Shown here one piece after another: positions 47,401 through 60,530 of a DNA stretch of 64,000 bases. The DNA comes from Squalus acanthias (Eukaryota). Both the position numbers and the translations under genes were made by a program. The DNA lies in assembly GCA_030390025.1 (NCBI GenBank), contig CM059433.1, forward strand, positions 11,286,001-11,350,000. Reading direction: 5' to 3'. Position 1 is the first letter of the stretch. The number at the start of each line of letters is the position of its first letter. Below the pieces are notes generated by a model, which was not told where the DNA came from, did not search any database, and saw only the letters and a list, made by a program, of their open reading frames with translations.

Positions 47401-50082
47401 TTTTTTTAAAATTTGTTCCTGGGATGTGGGCGTCGCTGGCAAGGCCAGCATTTATTGCCCATCCCTAATTACCCTTGAGAAAGTGGTGGTGAACCGCCTT
47501 CTTGAACCGCTGCAGTCCTTGTGGTGAATGTACTCCCATTACCTAGCACAAAGGAAGATGGTTGTGGTGGTTGAAGGTCAATCATCACAGCCCCAGGACA
47601 TCGCTGCAGGAGTTCCTCAGGGCAGTGTCCTAGGCCCAACCATCTTCAGCTGCTTCATCAATGACCTTCCCTCCAACATAAGGTCAGAAATGGGGATGTT
47701 CGCTGATGACTGCACATTGTTCAGCGCATTCATATCTTCTCAGTTAATGAAGCAGTCCAAGCCCGCATGCAACAAGACCTGGACGACATTCAGGCTTGGG
47801 CTGATAAGTGGCAGGTAACATTCGCACCAAAGAAGTGCCAGGCAATGACTATCTCCAACAAGCGAGAGTCTAACCACCTCCCCTTGACATTCAACGGTAT
47901 TACCATCGTCGAATCCCCCACCATCAACATCCTGGGGGTCACCATTGACCAGAAACTTAACTGGATCAGCCACATAAATACTGTGGCAACAAGAGCAGGT
48001 CAGAGGCTAGGTATTCTGCAGCGAGTGTCTCACCTCCTGACTCCCCAAAGCCTTTCCACCATCTACAAGGCACAAGTAAGGAGTGTGATGGAATACTCTC
48101 CACTTGCCTGGATGAGTGCAGCTCCAACAACACTCAAGAAGCTCGACACCATCCAGGACAAAGCAGCCCGCTTGATTGGCACCCCATCCACCACCTTAAA
48201 CATTCACTCCCTCCACCACTGGCGTACCGTGGCTGCAGTGTGTACCATCTACAAGATGCACCGCAGCAACTCGCCAAGGCTTCTTCGGCAGCACCTCCCA
48301 AACCCACGACCTCTACCACCTAGAAGGACAAGGGCAGCAGGTGCATGGGAACACCACCACCTCCAAGTTCCCCTCCAAGTCACACACCATCCTGACTTAG
48401 AAGTATATCGCCGATCCTTCATCGTCGCTGGGTCAAAATCCTGGAACTCCCTCCCTAACAGCACTGTGGGAGCACCATCACCACACGGACTGCAGCAGTT
48501 CAAAAAGGCGGCTCACCACCACCTTCTTAAGGGCAACTAGGGATGGGCAATAAATGCTGGCCTTGCTAGCGATGCCCAGATTCCATAAGCGAATAAAAAA
48601 ATGGTGCTGTTAGGGAGGGTGTTCCAGGATTTTGACCCAGCGACGATGAAGGAACAGCGATATATTTCCAAGTCAGGATGGTGTGTAACTTGAGGGGAAC
48701 CTGCAGGTGATGGTGTTCACATGAGCCTTCTGCCCTTGTCCTTCTAGGTGGAAGAGGTCGCGGGTTTGGGAGGTGCTGCCGTAGAAGCCTTGGTGAGTTG
48801 CTGCAGTGCATCTTATAGATGTTACACACTGCAGCCACGGTACGCCGGTGGTGGAGGGAGTGAATGTTGAAGGTGGTAGATGGGGTGCTGATCAAGCGGG
48901 CTGCTTTGTCCTGGATGGTGTCGAGCTTCTTGACTGTTGTTGGAGCTGCACTCATCCAGGCAAGTGGAGAGTATTCCATCATATTCCTGACTTGTGCCTT
49001 GTAGATGATGAAAAGGCTTTGAGGAGTCAGGAGGTGAGACACTCGCCCCAGAATACCCAGCCTGTGACCTGCTCTTGTTGTCACAGTATTTATGTGGCTG
49101 GTCCAGTTAAATTTCTGGTCAATGGTGATCCCCAGGATGTAGATGGTGGGGGATTCGACGATGGTAATGCTGTTGAATGTCAAGGGGCGATGGTTAGACT
49201 CTCGCTTGTTGGAGATAGCCATTGCCTGGCACTTGTGTGGCGCGAATGTTACTTGCCACTTATCAGCCCAAGTCTGACTGTCATCCAGGTCTTGCTGCAT
49301 TCGGGCATGGACTGCTTCATTATCTGAGGAGTTGCGAATGGAACTGAACACTGTGCAATCATCAGTGAACATCCCCACTTCTGACCTTATGATGGAGGGA
49401 AGGTCATTGATGAAGCAGCTGAAGATGGTTGGGCCTAGGACACTGCCCTAAGGAACTCCTGCAGCGATGTCCTAGGGCTGTGATGATTGACCTCCAATAA
49501 TCACAGCCATCTTCCTTTGTGCTCGGTATGACTCCAGCCAGTAGAGAGTTTTCCCCCGATTCCCATTGACTTCAGTTTTACTAGGGCTCCTTGATGCCAT
49601 ACTCGATCAAATGCTGCCTTGATGTCAAGGGCAGTCACACTCTCACCTCACCTCTGGAATTCAGCTCTTTTGTCCATGTTTGGACCAAGGTTGTAATGAG
49701 GTCTGGAGCTGAGTGGTCCTGGAGGAACCCAAACTGGGCATCAGTGAGCAGGTTATTGGTGAGTAAGTGTCGCTTGATAGCACTGTCGACAACACCTTCC
49801 ATCACTTTGCTGATGATTGAGAGTAGACTGATGGGGCGGCAATTGGCCGGATTGAATTTGTCCTGCTTTTTGTGGACAGGACATACCTGGGCAGTTTTCC
49901 ACATTGTAGGACAGATGCCACTGTTGTAGCTGTACTGGAACTGCTTGGCTAGAGGTGCGGCCAGTTCCGGAGCACAGTCTTCAGCACGACAGCCGGGATG
50001 TTGTCAGGGCCCATAGCCTTTGCTGTATACAGTGCGCTCAGCCGTTTCTTGATATCACGTGGAGTGAATCGAATTGGCTGAA
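47401..50082 (-). mobile_element. Zenon-like LINE host copy (47401-47538 plus 48602-50082)
   Basis: The 3' UTR at 47401-47538 ends ...TACTCCCA and resumes GTGCTGTTAGGGAG at ~48604. RT ORFs 48566..49378 and 49635..49904. Confidence 0.9.
47540..48601 (+). mobile_element. Zenon-like LINE 3' fragment nested antiparallel in its own family
   Basis: GVPQGSVLGP...FADD motif, ORF 47767..48540, 3' UTR and poly(A). Confidence 0.92.
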
Positions 50083-50856
50083 GATGGTGGGACCTAAAGA
50101 GGAGGCCGGTATCATCAACCACACGGCACTTACAGAATATGTTTCTTCACTGTCGTGTGAAAAATGATCAAAACTGGAACCCCGAGTCAATATTTTGCTT
50201 TTAAATTGACAATTGTTTTTAAAAAAAAGATTTGAAACAGCAGTAGTGTAGTGTCGGCGGCAGTGTTCCTGCAGCCCGAATCATACCGTCTGTATTTTTA
50301 AAAATGTCACTCCTCTGGTACTCTGATTCCGACGGTAACTGATGGGACACTAATGTCCACTCACTTCAGCGAGAATTAGTGTGAAGTGCTTTATGTGCAG
50401 CTGCGACCAGTTTTTACTGGGCTATTTCTTGCCCCCAGGAACAGAGGGAAAGTTATATTTTATTGCCGAGCACTGCCACTCCCACTGGAGCAATTAGGGA
50501 GTGAAACTGTGCAGGAGCCGCACCTTGCTGGAGGTTCTGAATGTTGATGCAGGAGTGTTTCGGACGCTGCAGACCCAACTGCTCTCTGGACAGTTACAGC
50601 GAGTGTATAATGTATGTACACAACCGAAGAAAGGGATGGATGAATTTCAAGGCAATTACACAATCAAGGGATGCAGATGAAAAAGCTTATAGCTCCCCCA
50701 ACAGCTTGGCATGTTGAACCAGTGTGCAGCTATGCTATAAAAGAGCAGGTGAGTCCCAGTTCAATTCACGGTCCGTGCTGAGTTCGCTGGGAAGGTGCTA
50801 CAATCAGCCTCAGCACCTCTGGGCCAGAGAGAAGAAAAATCAACCTCCTTGTTATA

Positions 50857-51292
50857 AAGAATGACTTGCATTGCTACAGTGCCTTTCAGGACCTCAGGAC
50901 GTCCAAAAGCACTTTACAGCCAATGAAGTCGTTTTTGGAGTGTAGTCAGTGTTGCAATGTAGGAAACACAGCAGCCAATTTGCGCACAGCAAGCTCCCGC
51001 AAACAGCTGTTTTAGTGATGTTGATTGAGGGATAAATATTGGCGAGGTCACCAGGGATAGCTTCCCTGCTCTTCTTAAAAATAGTGCCATGGCATCTTTT
51101 CTGCTCCTATTTCTTATGTCCACCTGAGAGAGCAGACAGGGCCTCGGTTTAACATCTCATCCGAAAGACGGCACCTCCGACAGTGCAGCACTCCCTCACT
51201 AGAGTGTCAGCCTAGATTTTTGTGCAGTCAGTAGTGTGGGACTTGAACCCACAACCTTCTGACTCAGAGGTGACGGAGACACAGCTGACACA
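50857..51292 (-). mobile_element. SacSINE1-like SINE with small deletions
   Basis: Reverse copy from tail to head. Confidence 0.85.
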
Positions 51293-51460
51293 CTCCAGAT
51301 TCTGATCACTATACAGTGTCCGCTGGCAGATTGGATAATGGCCACCAAGGGGACTAGAACCCATGAAACAATCAGTTCAGGAGAGGATTGGGAAGGGGGA
51401 GAAAAATTGCCTGAGAAAAATTGGCAAAAAAAAAGAAACGTTGATTGCTTCAATGACTCA

Positions 51461-52307
51461 TGGGTCTGGATTTTGAATGACCCGTGGAGTCGGGTTTGGA
51501 GTCGGGGGGGGGGTTAAAGTTGCAGATTCGGGGGTCCCGACCCCATCCCGACTCCAACCCGCCTCCATGCCAGTTTCTCTGGCGGCGGGTACACGACCTG
51601 GTCTGAGACCCGACTCCCCGAGGCGGGAAGGGATTAGTGACAATTAACTGCCTGTTAACAGGTAGTTAACAGGCAGTTTTTTGCATAATACCTATTTTAA
51701 AAACAAAAGTGTGGGCTTCCCGACAGGTGGCAACCACTCCAAGTTATCGGGTCGGGCCGTGGGTCTGCAAAGGGTTGGAGGGGTCGATATGTCCGGTGGG
51801 CAGGTGAGTGACAGGTGCATGTGTGCAGAGGTAAGTGTGTAAGGTAAGTGCTAAGTGTTGAAAAAAGTTTTACTTACCTTAACTTCCTCCTGCAGGTGCC
51901 AGCCCTTCAGTTCTCGAGAGTTAGAAATCTCACCGGCACAGAAAGCAGGAAAGCCGTGGACCTGTCAAAAACAGCAGCCTTCTGTTTTCTGTGCTGGAAT
52001 GATTTCTAACTCAGCCTGAAAGGAAGGACTGAAGTTAGAAATCATATTGTGAGTGTTTGACAGCTTCACAGAGCTGTCAAACGCTGATATTTCATCTGTC
52101 AAAAGCTCTTGACAGATGAAATGTCAGTCTGTGACGTCACCTGTTGCCGGGTGGCCCTTAATTGGCCTGCTGAGCCCACTGGGCGGGCTCAACAAGGTCA
52201 ATCAAGGGAAAATACAGTGGGTTGGCCACATCTCGATGGAGGCGGTTTCACAAGCCAGAATGTGTGATTCCCAACACCAACCCGACTCCAACTTCAAAAT
52301 CCAGCCC
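51461..52307. mobile_element. Harbinger-type MITE
   Basis: GGTCTGGATTTTGAA...TTCAAAATCCAGCCC with subterminal GGAGTCGGG/CCCGACTCC repeats. Confidence 0.78.
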
Positions 52308-53317
52308 ATTGAGTTTACCGGACCGAGTCATATAGAGCAGGAAAGTCGATGGCCTTGCTAAGTTAACTGTTCTCAGTCGGGGTGGTAGTAGGGGAGCTAC
52401 AATTGGCCTCAGCGTCTGAGGTTGGGAGGACAGGAGAATGATTGTCAGAGCTCTCATTCTCGACCAGTATCCAGAAACCCTGCTGGAAGTGCACGCCGCG
52501 GATGACCAGTGAGGATGGGATCAACCTCGGGTGTGGTGCTTCCATGGTCGAATAGCCTAGTAACTCAATGTCGAAAGGTCATTCATGCACAATGCCAACT
52601 TTGGCGAGGTGCCAAAGGTTTCCACGCCCCATCCAAAAATTATACAGCACCTTTGGGGTGGGGGATGAAAATTGCTTTAGAAACTGGCAAGGAAAAGAAA
52701 GAGAAAGCTAACAATGTAATTTGAACCCAGATAAATGACCTGTAGCTCATCTGCCATATTTTGTACACAATACGTAGGATCTATACAAATACTCCATTGT
52801 CATCTGACCAATAAAGTTATGGCCAAGTTTTCAGGTTATTTATTTACATCCTACCCCTCAAATGTTTCTCCCTCGGCCTCCATCCTGAAGGCGTGACTTA
52901 TGAGGGGTATGGGCTACTATTCCACAGGCATTTGCCCCTCTCCTTCACCCAGGCTATCCTTCTCCACATGTGTGCGCAGGTGGTGAGCGTCAACAGGCCA
53001 TTCAACCATCGGAAGCATCACGGTATTTGTCCCCGCCTGACATCTACTCGCACACTTTCCACCACAGGCCACGGGACAGCAATCGGGAGCAGGACCACCC
53101 GGGCGGAGTTTTTTGTGCCACCTTTGCGCAGGTCGCTCAGTATCCATCAGCGATTGAACCTTGGTGCCTTCCTCGTTTGTATTGGTGTGTAGTACTCTTG
53201 GGGGAGAAATTCACTATCGCCCCGTCTGGGGCGCTAATTTTTTAAAGTTTGAAAAGTTAGCGCCAGGCGCTAACGATTTCAAACTTTTGAAAAATTCGCC
53301 GTTTGCACTCCAAGAGC

Positions 53318-53968
53318 ACAAGAACATAAGAAACAGGAGCAGGAGTCAGCTATTGAGCCCCTCGAGCCTGCTCCGCCATTCAATAAGATCATGGCTGATC
53401 TGATCTTAGCCTCAACTCCACTTTCCCACCTGATCCCCATTACCCTCGACTCCCCTGTAGCTCAAATATATGTCTATCACTGCCTTGAATGTATTCACTG
53501 TACCTGTACCTGAAGAAGGAGCAGCGCTCTGAAAGCTCGTAATTTTAAATAAAACTGTTGGACTATAACCTGGTGTTGTGCGACTCCTCATTTTTGAATA
53601 TATTCAATGACCCAGCCTCCACAGCTCTCTGGGGCAGAGAATTCCAAAGATTCACGACCCTCTGAGAGAAGAAATTCCTCCTCATCCCCGTTTTAAATGG
53701 GCGACCCCTTATTCTGAAACTATGCCCTCGTTCTAGATTCTCCCACGAGGGGAAACATCCTCCCTGCATCTACCCTGACAAGCCCGCTCAGAATCTTATA
53801 TGTTTCAATAAGATCACTTCTCATTCTTCTAAACTCCAATGAGTATAGACCCAACCTGCTCAAACTTTCCTCATAAGACAACCCCTTCAACTCAGGAATC
53901 AACCGAGTGAACCTTCTCTGAACTGCCTCCAAAGAAAGTATACCCCTCCTTGAATGAGGAGACCAAAA
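53318..53968 (-). mobile_element. CR1 3' fragment nested in the MITE
   Basis: EAVQRRFTRLIPELKGLSYEESLSRLGLYSLEFRRMRSDLIETYKIL and RNFFSQRVVNLWNSLPQRAV. Confidence 0.92.
53501..53596 (+). mobile_element. ~95-bp Penelope terminus with hammerhead, 16-bp target duplication
   Basis: TAC-CTGAAGA-A-GGAGC(AGC)GCTCT-GAA-AGCT-C-GTA. Flanks are TTGAATGTATTCACTG (53485-53500) and TTGAATATATTCAATG (53594-53609). Confidence 0.82.
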
Positions 53969-56900
53969 GAAGGAAGTGTAGCACTAAATCAAGCGCTCCA
54001 CTTTCTTCCTGGAGTGCGAGCGGCAGCAGGCGGGGCGGAGACTTCAGCAGCGCTCCACACTGGGCCGTGCAGCGCTGCCGCATTCAAAGGCTCCTTCCCC
54101 CCCTTAAAGGGAAGGGCCATCGCTGCAGACTCTGCAATAGAAAAATTACCTACCTGGACCCCCAAGGCAGCTGCGATCCCGCGCGATCAGCAGGTCGTGG
54201 GCAGGAACCCATGAAAAAAACTGGAACAAGAAAGGTAAGTATTTTTTTACTTACCTCGGCCACCTCGCCCTTAATCATCGCCCCTGAAGCGGCCGTCCGC
54301 CCAATGCACGCCTCCTGCAGCTGTCGGTGTTTTCGACCGGCGCTGCTGCAGAGGGCAGAAGTCAATTTCGAGTCCGGGGCGCTACCGGGGCGATGCGCAC
54401 GGCGATGACGTCACGATCTCCGGGCGAAGGAGGTCGGGGCGCAACGCCGTAGCGCCGCCACAAAACTCCCGGCGAGTATGGCGGGAGTCGATGTCAGCGC
54501 CGCGCCCGGTCGCAAAGCCATCTGCGCCCCATTAGCGCCCCCCGGGGACACTAACGGGAGATGCAAAGGCACCCAATCTTGCCCCCCTTGTATTTTCCCA
54601 CGGGGCCACACTTATCTATTAGTTAAGATTTACCTTGTAATAACGGTGTGCACCAGATGAAAGCATTTGCCTTTTGCTTCTGGAGCTGGTCGATGAGAAG
54701 GTACCAATGAAGGGGCAGAACAGGCCAAACTTGCAGAGGGGTTGGGGCAAGCTAATTTGCACCTCATTTACCTTTTTAGTGGAATTAAGTTCCATTACAA
54801 GATAGCTTCAACTCATCACTGTGATTATTGATTTAGTACTGGCTATTTAACACTATATAGAGAAGTGATTTGCTCCCTGCCCCTAACAGCAGAGGTGGTA
54901 GTTTGTATTACACCAGAACTGCAAGACGCCGCTGACACTGACATTCCTGGGTTCAACCCTAACTTCATAATTCATTTCTTGGGGTTAATTAAGCTTTGAG
55001 GTGTTAAAAGGAGGAAGTATTTGTTTCCCTTCCCCAGCCACTTTCTAGCTCTGTTATCTTCAACTTTACGGACCGCAACAGGAGCCTCACATTTTTCATA
55101 ACCTCAAATGAGACTTCTTTAATGGCAATACCATTGACTCTGTGTATTTATTATCCATTACATCCAGTTAACGAACACGCTGATGTATGCTCACTCTCAG
55201 ACTCGCCTTTGCCAAGGAACCTCCTCTCCTGCAATCTGCTATCCCTTATCCAGCTATTCCTTCAGAGAGCACTGTCTCCGGTTCCACATGTTCACACCTG
55301 GAAGTCTACCATCTTGCTTGGGGAAATGTATTGACATTACACGCAAGTGGAATTTCGGTCTACCCTGCCAATTTTAGAAGCTATCAATTGTTCGATGAGT
55401 GTCTTCTGGATCGATAAAAAAGACTTGAAAGATTCGTAGTTAAATCATGTTTGTTATTTCTTAGGATGTCCTAAACAGTTTTACATCCAATGAATGACTA
55501 CTGAAATGTAGTCACTGTTGTTATAGCTGCTAAATTTTGTGTCGTAAGATCTCACAAACAGAAAATGAGATGAATGATGGTCCAAAAGTGGAATTTAGTG
55601 CATTTTTTGACTCATTGAAGTGAATTTCTCCACTGAGTGCTCACTTTCATAAAAGCAGACCTCAACAATGCCAGGTGATTGGGCCAAAGATGCACCGATA
55701 GTATAATCTGTCACTGAGCTCCAAATGGTCTGGATTGAACCAATGCTATGATATGTTGCTATACTCTCTGAGTAGTTCAACATGCTTGTCACATTAACAA
55801 GATATTATTCAACACTTTGTTGAGGCACTTGCATGGCATAAATCTCCACTCCCAATGAACAGTAAAAATATTATGCAGTGCTCAGAAATACAAGTTTTTA
55901 ATGATGCAATGTTTAATGGGCCTTGCATAATTATTGCTATTAAGTAGGGCTCTTTGAATTCATCATTAGAATGATCTTTACATATTTTTATTACGTTTCT
56001 GCCTCAATGAAACCAATTCCTTACTGCAAAGTGCATTGCTCAGAGCAAGCCTGTTTCTCTTTTAAATTCCCAGAATCACACGGACCAGTTTTTGCTGTGT
56101 TAGAAGGAATTGCTTTCAATAAACCCCTGCGGCTAACAGTGCAAGGATTTGATTTCTCGGTCTATTCACAACAGGTGCAGCGAGCTATTATTTTTCTGAT
56201 TTATAACAGTACTGTGGATACTTATTATATTTTTCACTGCCTTTGAAACATGCGGTTTTATGCCCTTGCTATGTTGCTTCAATGATTGCTTGAAGGAAAT
56301 CTCAATGGAGCAATGAAGAAACACAGAAGTGTTTCACATATTTAAGCAAAGAGCCAAGAAGGAAATACATCAAGAAACACACATGGCAGTAGAATTTGCT
56401 CTGGTTACTGACTAATACATGTGTTGACTAACCAATTAGCTCAAAGGACCACTCAATGACCACCAATGACTAACTAGCTGACTACTGCCAGAGCAATTCT
56501 GAACCGCATCCAAAAATAACACAACCGTCAAATACTTTCACTTTTTCTCACACTGTGCTAAGAATACATAGGCCGCAATGTGTTCTATGCTTTATTTTGT
56601 TTGTCTTCTGTCATAACATAAGATACTTAATTAACTGTTGTGTGTTCTTTCAAAATATGTGAACCATTTCAGCAACTTCAGCCCAATATTATTGTGCCAA
56701 AGTTACCTTAGGTGGTCCTTGCTGGTTTTGGCTTCATCCATGACTAACATGGGAAACTGTACCACATATTCATCATGTCAAATAAAGTACTCCCTTGAGT
56801 TAATTAGAACTCCAGTTTGATACCGTTATCTTTCAGTTGATTTAGGGTAGGACCATTCTTACCTCACATGAACTGCTAGAATACAGTGACCAGTTTAATA

Positions 56901-57011
56901 TGACAACATTTTCTGTATTCTTTGAAGACAATTCTGGAGCAGTTTTATTTTTATGCAACTCTTTAAAATGTGAAGGGATTCACAACTGTCCTGATACAGA
57001 AGTGTTTTAAG

Positions 57012-57433
57012 TGGGGTTGTTCTCCTTGGAGCAGAGAAGGCTAAGAAGAGATTTGGTAGAGGTGTTTAAAGTCATGAAGGGTTTGATAGAGTAAATAAAG
57101 AGAAACTGTTTCCAATGGCTGAAGGGTCGATAACCAGAGGGCACGGATTTAAGGTGATTGGCAAAGGAACCAGAGGCGACACGAGCAAAAACTTTTTTAC
57201 GCAACGAGTGGTTAGGATTTGGAATGCACTGCCTGATTGGGCGGTGGATACAGATTCAATAGTAGTCTTCAAAAGAGAATTAGATGAATACTTGAAGGAG
57301 AAAAATTGCAGGGATATGGGAAAGAGCGGGGGAGTGGGACTGACTGGATTGCTCTTCGAAAAGAGCCGGCGCAGACTCGATGGGCCGAATGACCTCCTTC
57401 TGTGTTGTAGTATTCTATGATTCTATGATTCTA
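57012..57433 (+). mobile_element. CR1 (HER1-like) 3' fragment
   Basis: TRGHGFKVIGKGTRGDTSKNFFTQRVVRIWNALP; tail (ATTCTATG)n. An old minus-strand CR1 piece follows at ~57440-57580. Confidence 0.9.
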
Positions 57434-58220
57434 CTGTATTAAATCCCTTTATCATTTTAAACAACTCGATTAGATCACCCCTCAACCTTCTGAACTCCAG
57501 GGAATACTAACCATGTTTATGCAGCCTGTCCTCATAATTTAACGCTTTCAACACTGGTATCATTCTGGTGACTCTGCGCTATATAGCGCAAGTAAGACTA
57601 GTCTAAATCAATTTAGGAATCCGGGCTGGAAATGGGCACAGGAGCCTCATATTAATACTTAAATGAGGCCTGCACTTCCAGGGTCACCTAATAAAAGGCC
57701 CTGGCCTATTTATCAGCGGCTCGATCTAGATTAGTAAATTGGTTATCGTTGTGCCCGTTTAACGCCTGTAAAACAGGTGCAACAATGTTGAGTTTATGCC
57801 CGATGTGTGAAGCCTGACATGCATGCGATTTGTCATTTTTAACAGATGGGTCTAGTGAGGGTCAGTCAGAAATACAAACCAACAAACAGGAAAGATTCAC
57901 ATTCCTGCCGAACCCAAATATTCCCATTTACAACGATAGCAAATCAATTGCTATGCAGGTAGAACTATATACAGTGCTGAGTTATGGATACTGCTTTTTT
58001 GTACCTCTTCGTTAATATTTCTGTCTGACTTAGTAGACATACCTTTTGATAATGAATGCTGTTGTTTTTGAGTTATGTCGACTGGGTATTTTATACGAAT
58101 CAGAGTCATTTTCATATTGTCTTACCACCCCTAACATTGTACCTTGGATAGCATTTTCTCACCCTCCTACAACATCCACTTTTTTGCAACAGAATTATAC
58201 ATTTCGCTTTGGAGGATCCT

Positions 58221-58368
58221 CTTTACACCAGTAGATCTACCTTACCCTCCTATTGCTTTACACCAGTAGATCTACCATAGCCTCCTATTGCTTTACACCA
58301 GTAGATCTACCATAGCCTCCTATTGCTTTACACCAGTAGATCTACCATAGCCTCCTATTGCTTTACAC
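58221..58368. repeat. 35-bp tandem repeat, ~4.2 copies
   Basis: Unit CTTTACACCAGTAGATCTACCATAGCCTCCTATTG at 58221, 58256, 58291 and 58326. Confidence 0.95.
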
Positions 58369-58379
58369 TGCCAACATGA

Positions 58380-59140
58380 GGGCAGAAATTCGGGTCTCCA
58401 CGGGTGAGTACGCGCTGTGTACTCACCCGTAGGGCCACCGGTAGTGCCGGTTTCGCGCATGCACTGCGCACGCACGGGAAACCGGAACTTCCGGTCTCAT
58501 GAAGGAAGGGGTTCGAGGGTCAACTGCGTGCGCCGGAGAGGCTGCGCGCACGCAGCGAACTTCGGTTTTTTTTCCAGGTTTCTCCGTGAGGGTAAGTATG
58601 GAGAAGCTGCACTTTTAAAAAGGAGGCGCAAGGCTTGTTTTTAACAAGGTAAGTGGTGAATTAAGTAGAATTTAAACATTTTTTCAACAGGTTTATCTTT
58701 CTTACATACTTTAAAGAAAGGTAAGTTTATTTTTAGCACTGTTAAAAAGTGTAATTAATTTTTTCAAACTTTAAATTTTTGTTTAAAGTAGTTAATTTAT
58801 GTAATTTATAGTTATTTTAAAAATGTGATTTTTAAAAAAAATTTATTTGAAGTTTAAGTGAGGTTTTGGGGCCGATCTCTATTCATAGATTTGATAGGTC
58901 TTCCTGTCAAAATCTATGAATGAGATTCCCTGCTCCGATTGGCTCTCCATGGCCCACGTGATCCCAGGGGACGCTTCGAACTAACTGCGCCCCTGGGATA
59001 CGCAAGCACTGCGCGCCGGCAGCTGCAGGAGGCACAGGAGCTGAAGTCTTCGTGGGCCCGAAGCACAACGGCAGGCGCGGTAGGTAAGTATGCGCGCGAT
59101 CCTTGCACCCGCGGGAAGCCGGAGAACGAATTTCTGGCAC
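58380..59140 (+). mobile_element. MITE family A
   Basis: Colinear and highly similar to 8851-9608. Confidence 0.88.
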
Positions 59141-59465
59141 ATCGGGATATCTTGAAAAAAGCAACTAAACAATTATCTGCCTTGTGATTATTTTTTCCAC
59201 GCCACACAGGTTCGGTTTGTATTTTATTCACTACTCTAGCCCTGTTTGAACTCCTACACTTCCTTACCACCAGCCTCCGTGCTCAAAGCAATTTCTGCTA
59301 CTTTTTAAAGTAAAAAAGAAGACAGGCATTTCTGTTGAATTACATTTGAACTAAAAACACACACCATTCCGTCTCTGAGCGCTTCCACCTATCAAACTAC
59401 TTTCCTCATCACCAAATGTTATACCTTCATACCTTCGTACATCATAAACAAACTGCATAGTGACA

Positions 59466-59565
59466 AGTTCCGATGAAAGGTCACCGTCCTGAAACGTTAA
59501 CTCTGTTTCTCTCTCTCCACCTATGCTGCCTGACCTGCTGAGTGTTTCCAGCATTTCTCTGTTTG
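59466..59565 (+). mobile_element. ~100-bp Penelope-type terminus with hammerhead, 14-bp target duplication
   Basis: AGTT-CCGATGA-A-AGGTC(ACC)GTCCT-GAA-ACGT-T-AACT. Flanks are TGCATAGTGACAAG (59454-59467) and TGCACAGTGACAAG (59564-59577). Confidence 0.8.
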
Positions 59566-59979
59566 CACAGTGACAAGATTGTTCCCTGCCTAGCTACACA
59601 TACTCTGAATGTATCTGCTTTTAAAGCTCCCTCACTGGCACCACCTGGAAATGCATTATATAAAGGAGACAAAAATGCAAAACAGATATAGCATTTGCTC
59701 AAATACATCTTTTTACACGTGCCAAATATGGCAGCGTTTGAATGGAATATCAGGAGTGGGCCGCTTCCGGCTTTGCCGGTAACTCACCCTGAATGATAAC
59801 TCCCCGCTGAGCTGATGACACCCATTTACATCAAGTATCAAATAGATAATGTGGTAAAAGTCTGGTGCATTTACCACTTTAACAATTATTGGCAACTTTC
59901 AACTGAAACCTGACTTACGATATTAAGTAGCAATTTCTTACATGTTGAATGTTCGTATCGATGGAAGAGTTCCAGAGAG

Positions 59980-60530
59980 TCATAGAAACATAGAAGATAG
60001 GAGCAGGAGTAGGCCATTCGGCCCCTCGAGCCTGCTCCGCCATTCGATGAGATCATGGCTGATCATCCAAACTCAGTACCCTGTACCTGCCTTCTCCCCA
60101 TATCCCTTGATACCTTTAGCTTTAAGAAAACTCATTCTTGAATATATTTACTGACTTGGCCTCAACTACCTTCTGTGGTAGAGAATTCCACAGGTTCACC
60201 ACTCTCTGGGTGAAGAAATTCCTCCTCATTTCTGTCCTAAATGGCTTACCCCTTATCCTTAGACTGTGACCTCTGGTTCTGGACTCTCCGACCATCGGGA
60301 ACATTCTTCCTGCATCTAGTTTGTCCAGACCTGTCAGAATTTTATATGTTTCGATGAGATCCCCTCTCATTCTTCTATACTCCAGCGAGTATAAGCCCAA
60401 TCGACCCAATCTCTCCTCATATGTCATTCCTGCCATCCCAGGTATCAGCCTTGTGAATCTTCGCTGAACTCCTTCCATGGCAAGAACATCCTTCCTCAGA
60501 TAAGGACATCCTTCCTCAGATAAGGAGTCC
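59980..60530 (-). mobile_element. CR1 3' fragment
   Basis: ORF 60122..60478 EGVQRRFTRLIPGMAGMTYEERLGRLGLYSLEYRRMRGDLIETYKIL; tail (CATAGAAA)n. Confidence 0.92.

Larger units (their letters stand above)
53201..54587 (-). mobile_element. CpG-rich MITE (family B-related), flanked TTG/TTG, hosting a CR1 insertion
   Basis: GGGGAGAAATT...AATCTTGCCCCCC; the right arm resembles 10330-10401. Confidence 0.75.

Noticed and set aside
47767..49378. Longest ORFs (257 aa, 270 aa, 173 aa) as host genes
   Set aside because: The first two are truncated LINE RT C-termini; 48806..49327 is the antisense shadow of one of them.
58221..58368. CRISPR-like array (35-bp repeats with an internal palindrome)
   Set aside because: Units are head-to-tail with no unique spacers, there are no cas genes, and the context is vertebrate.
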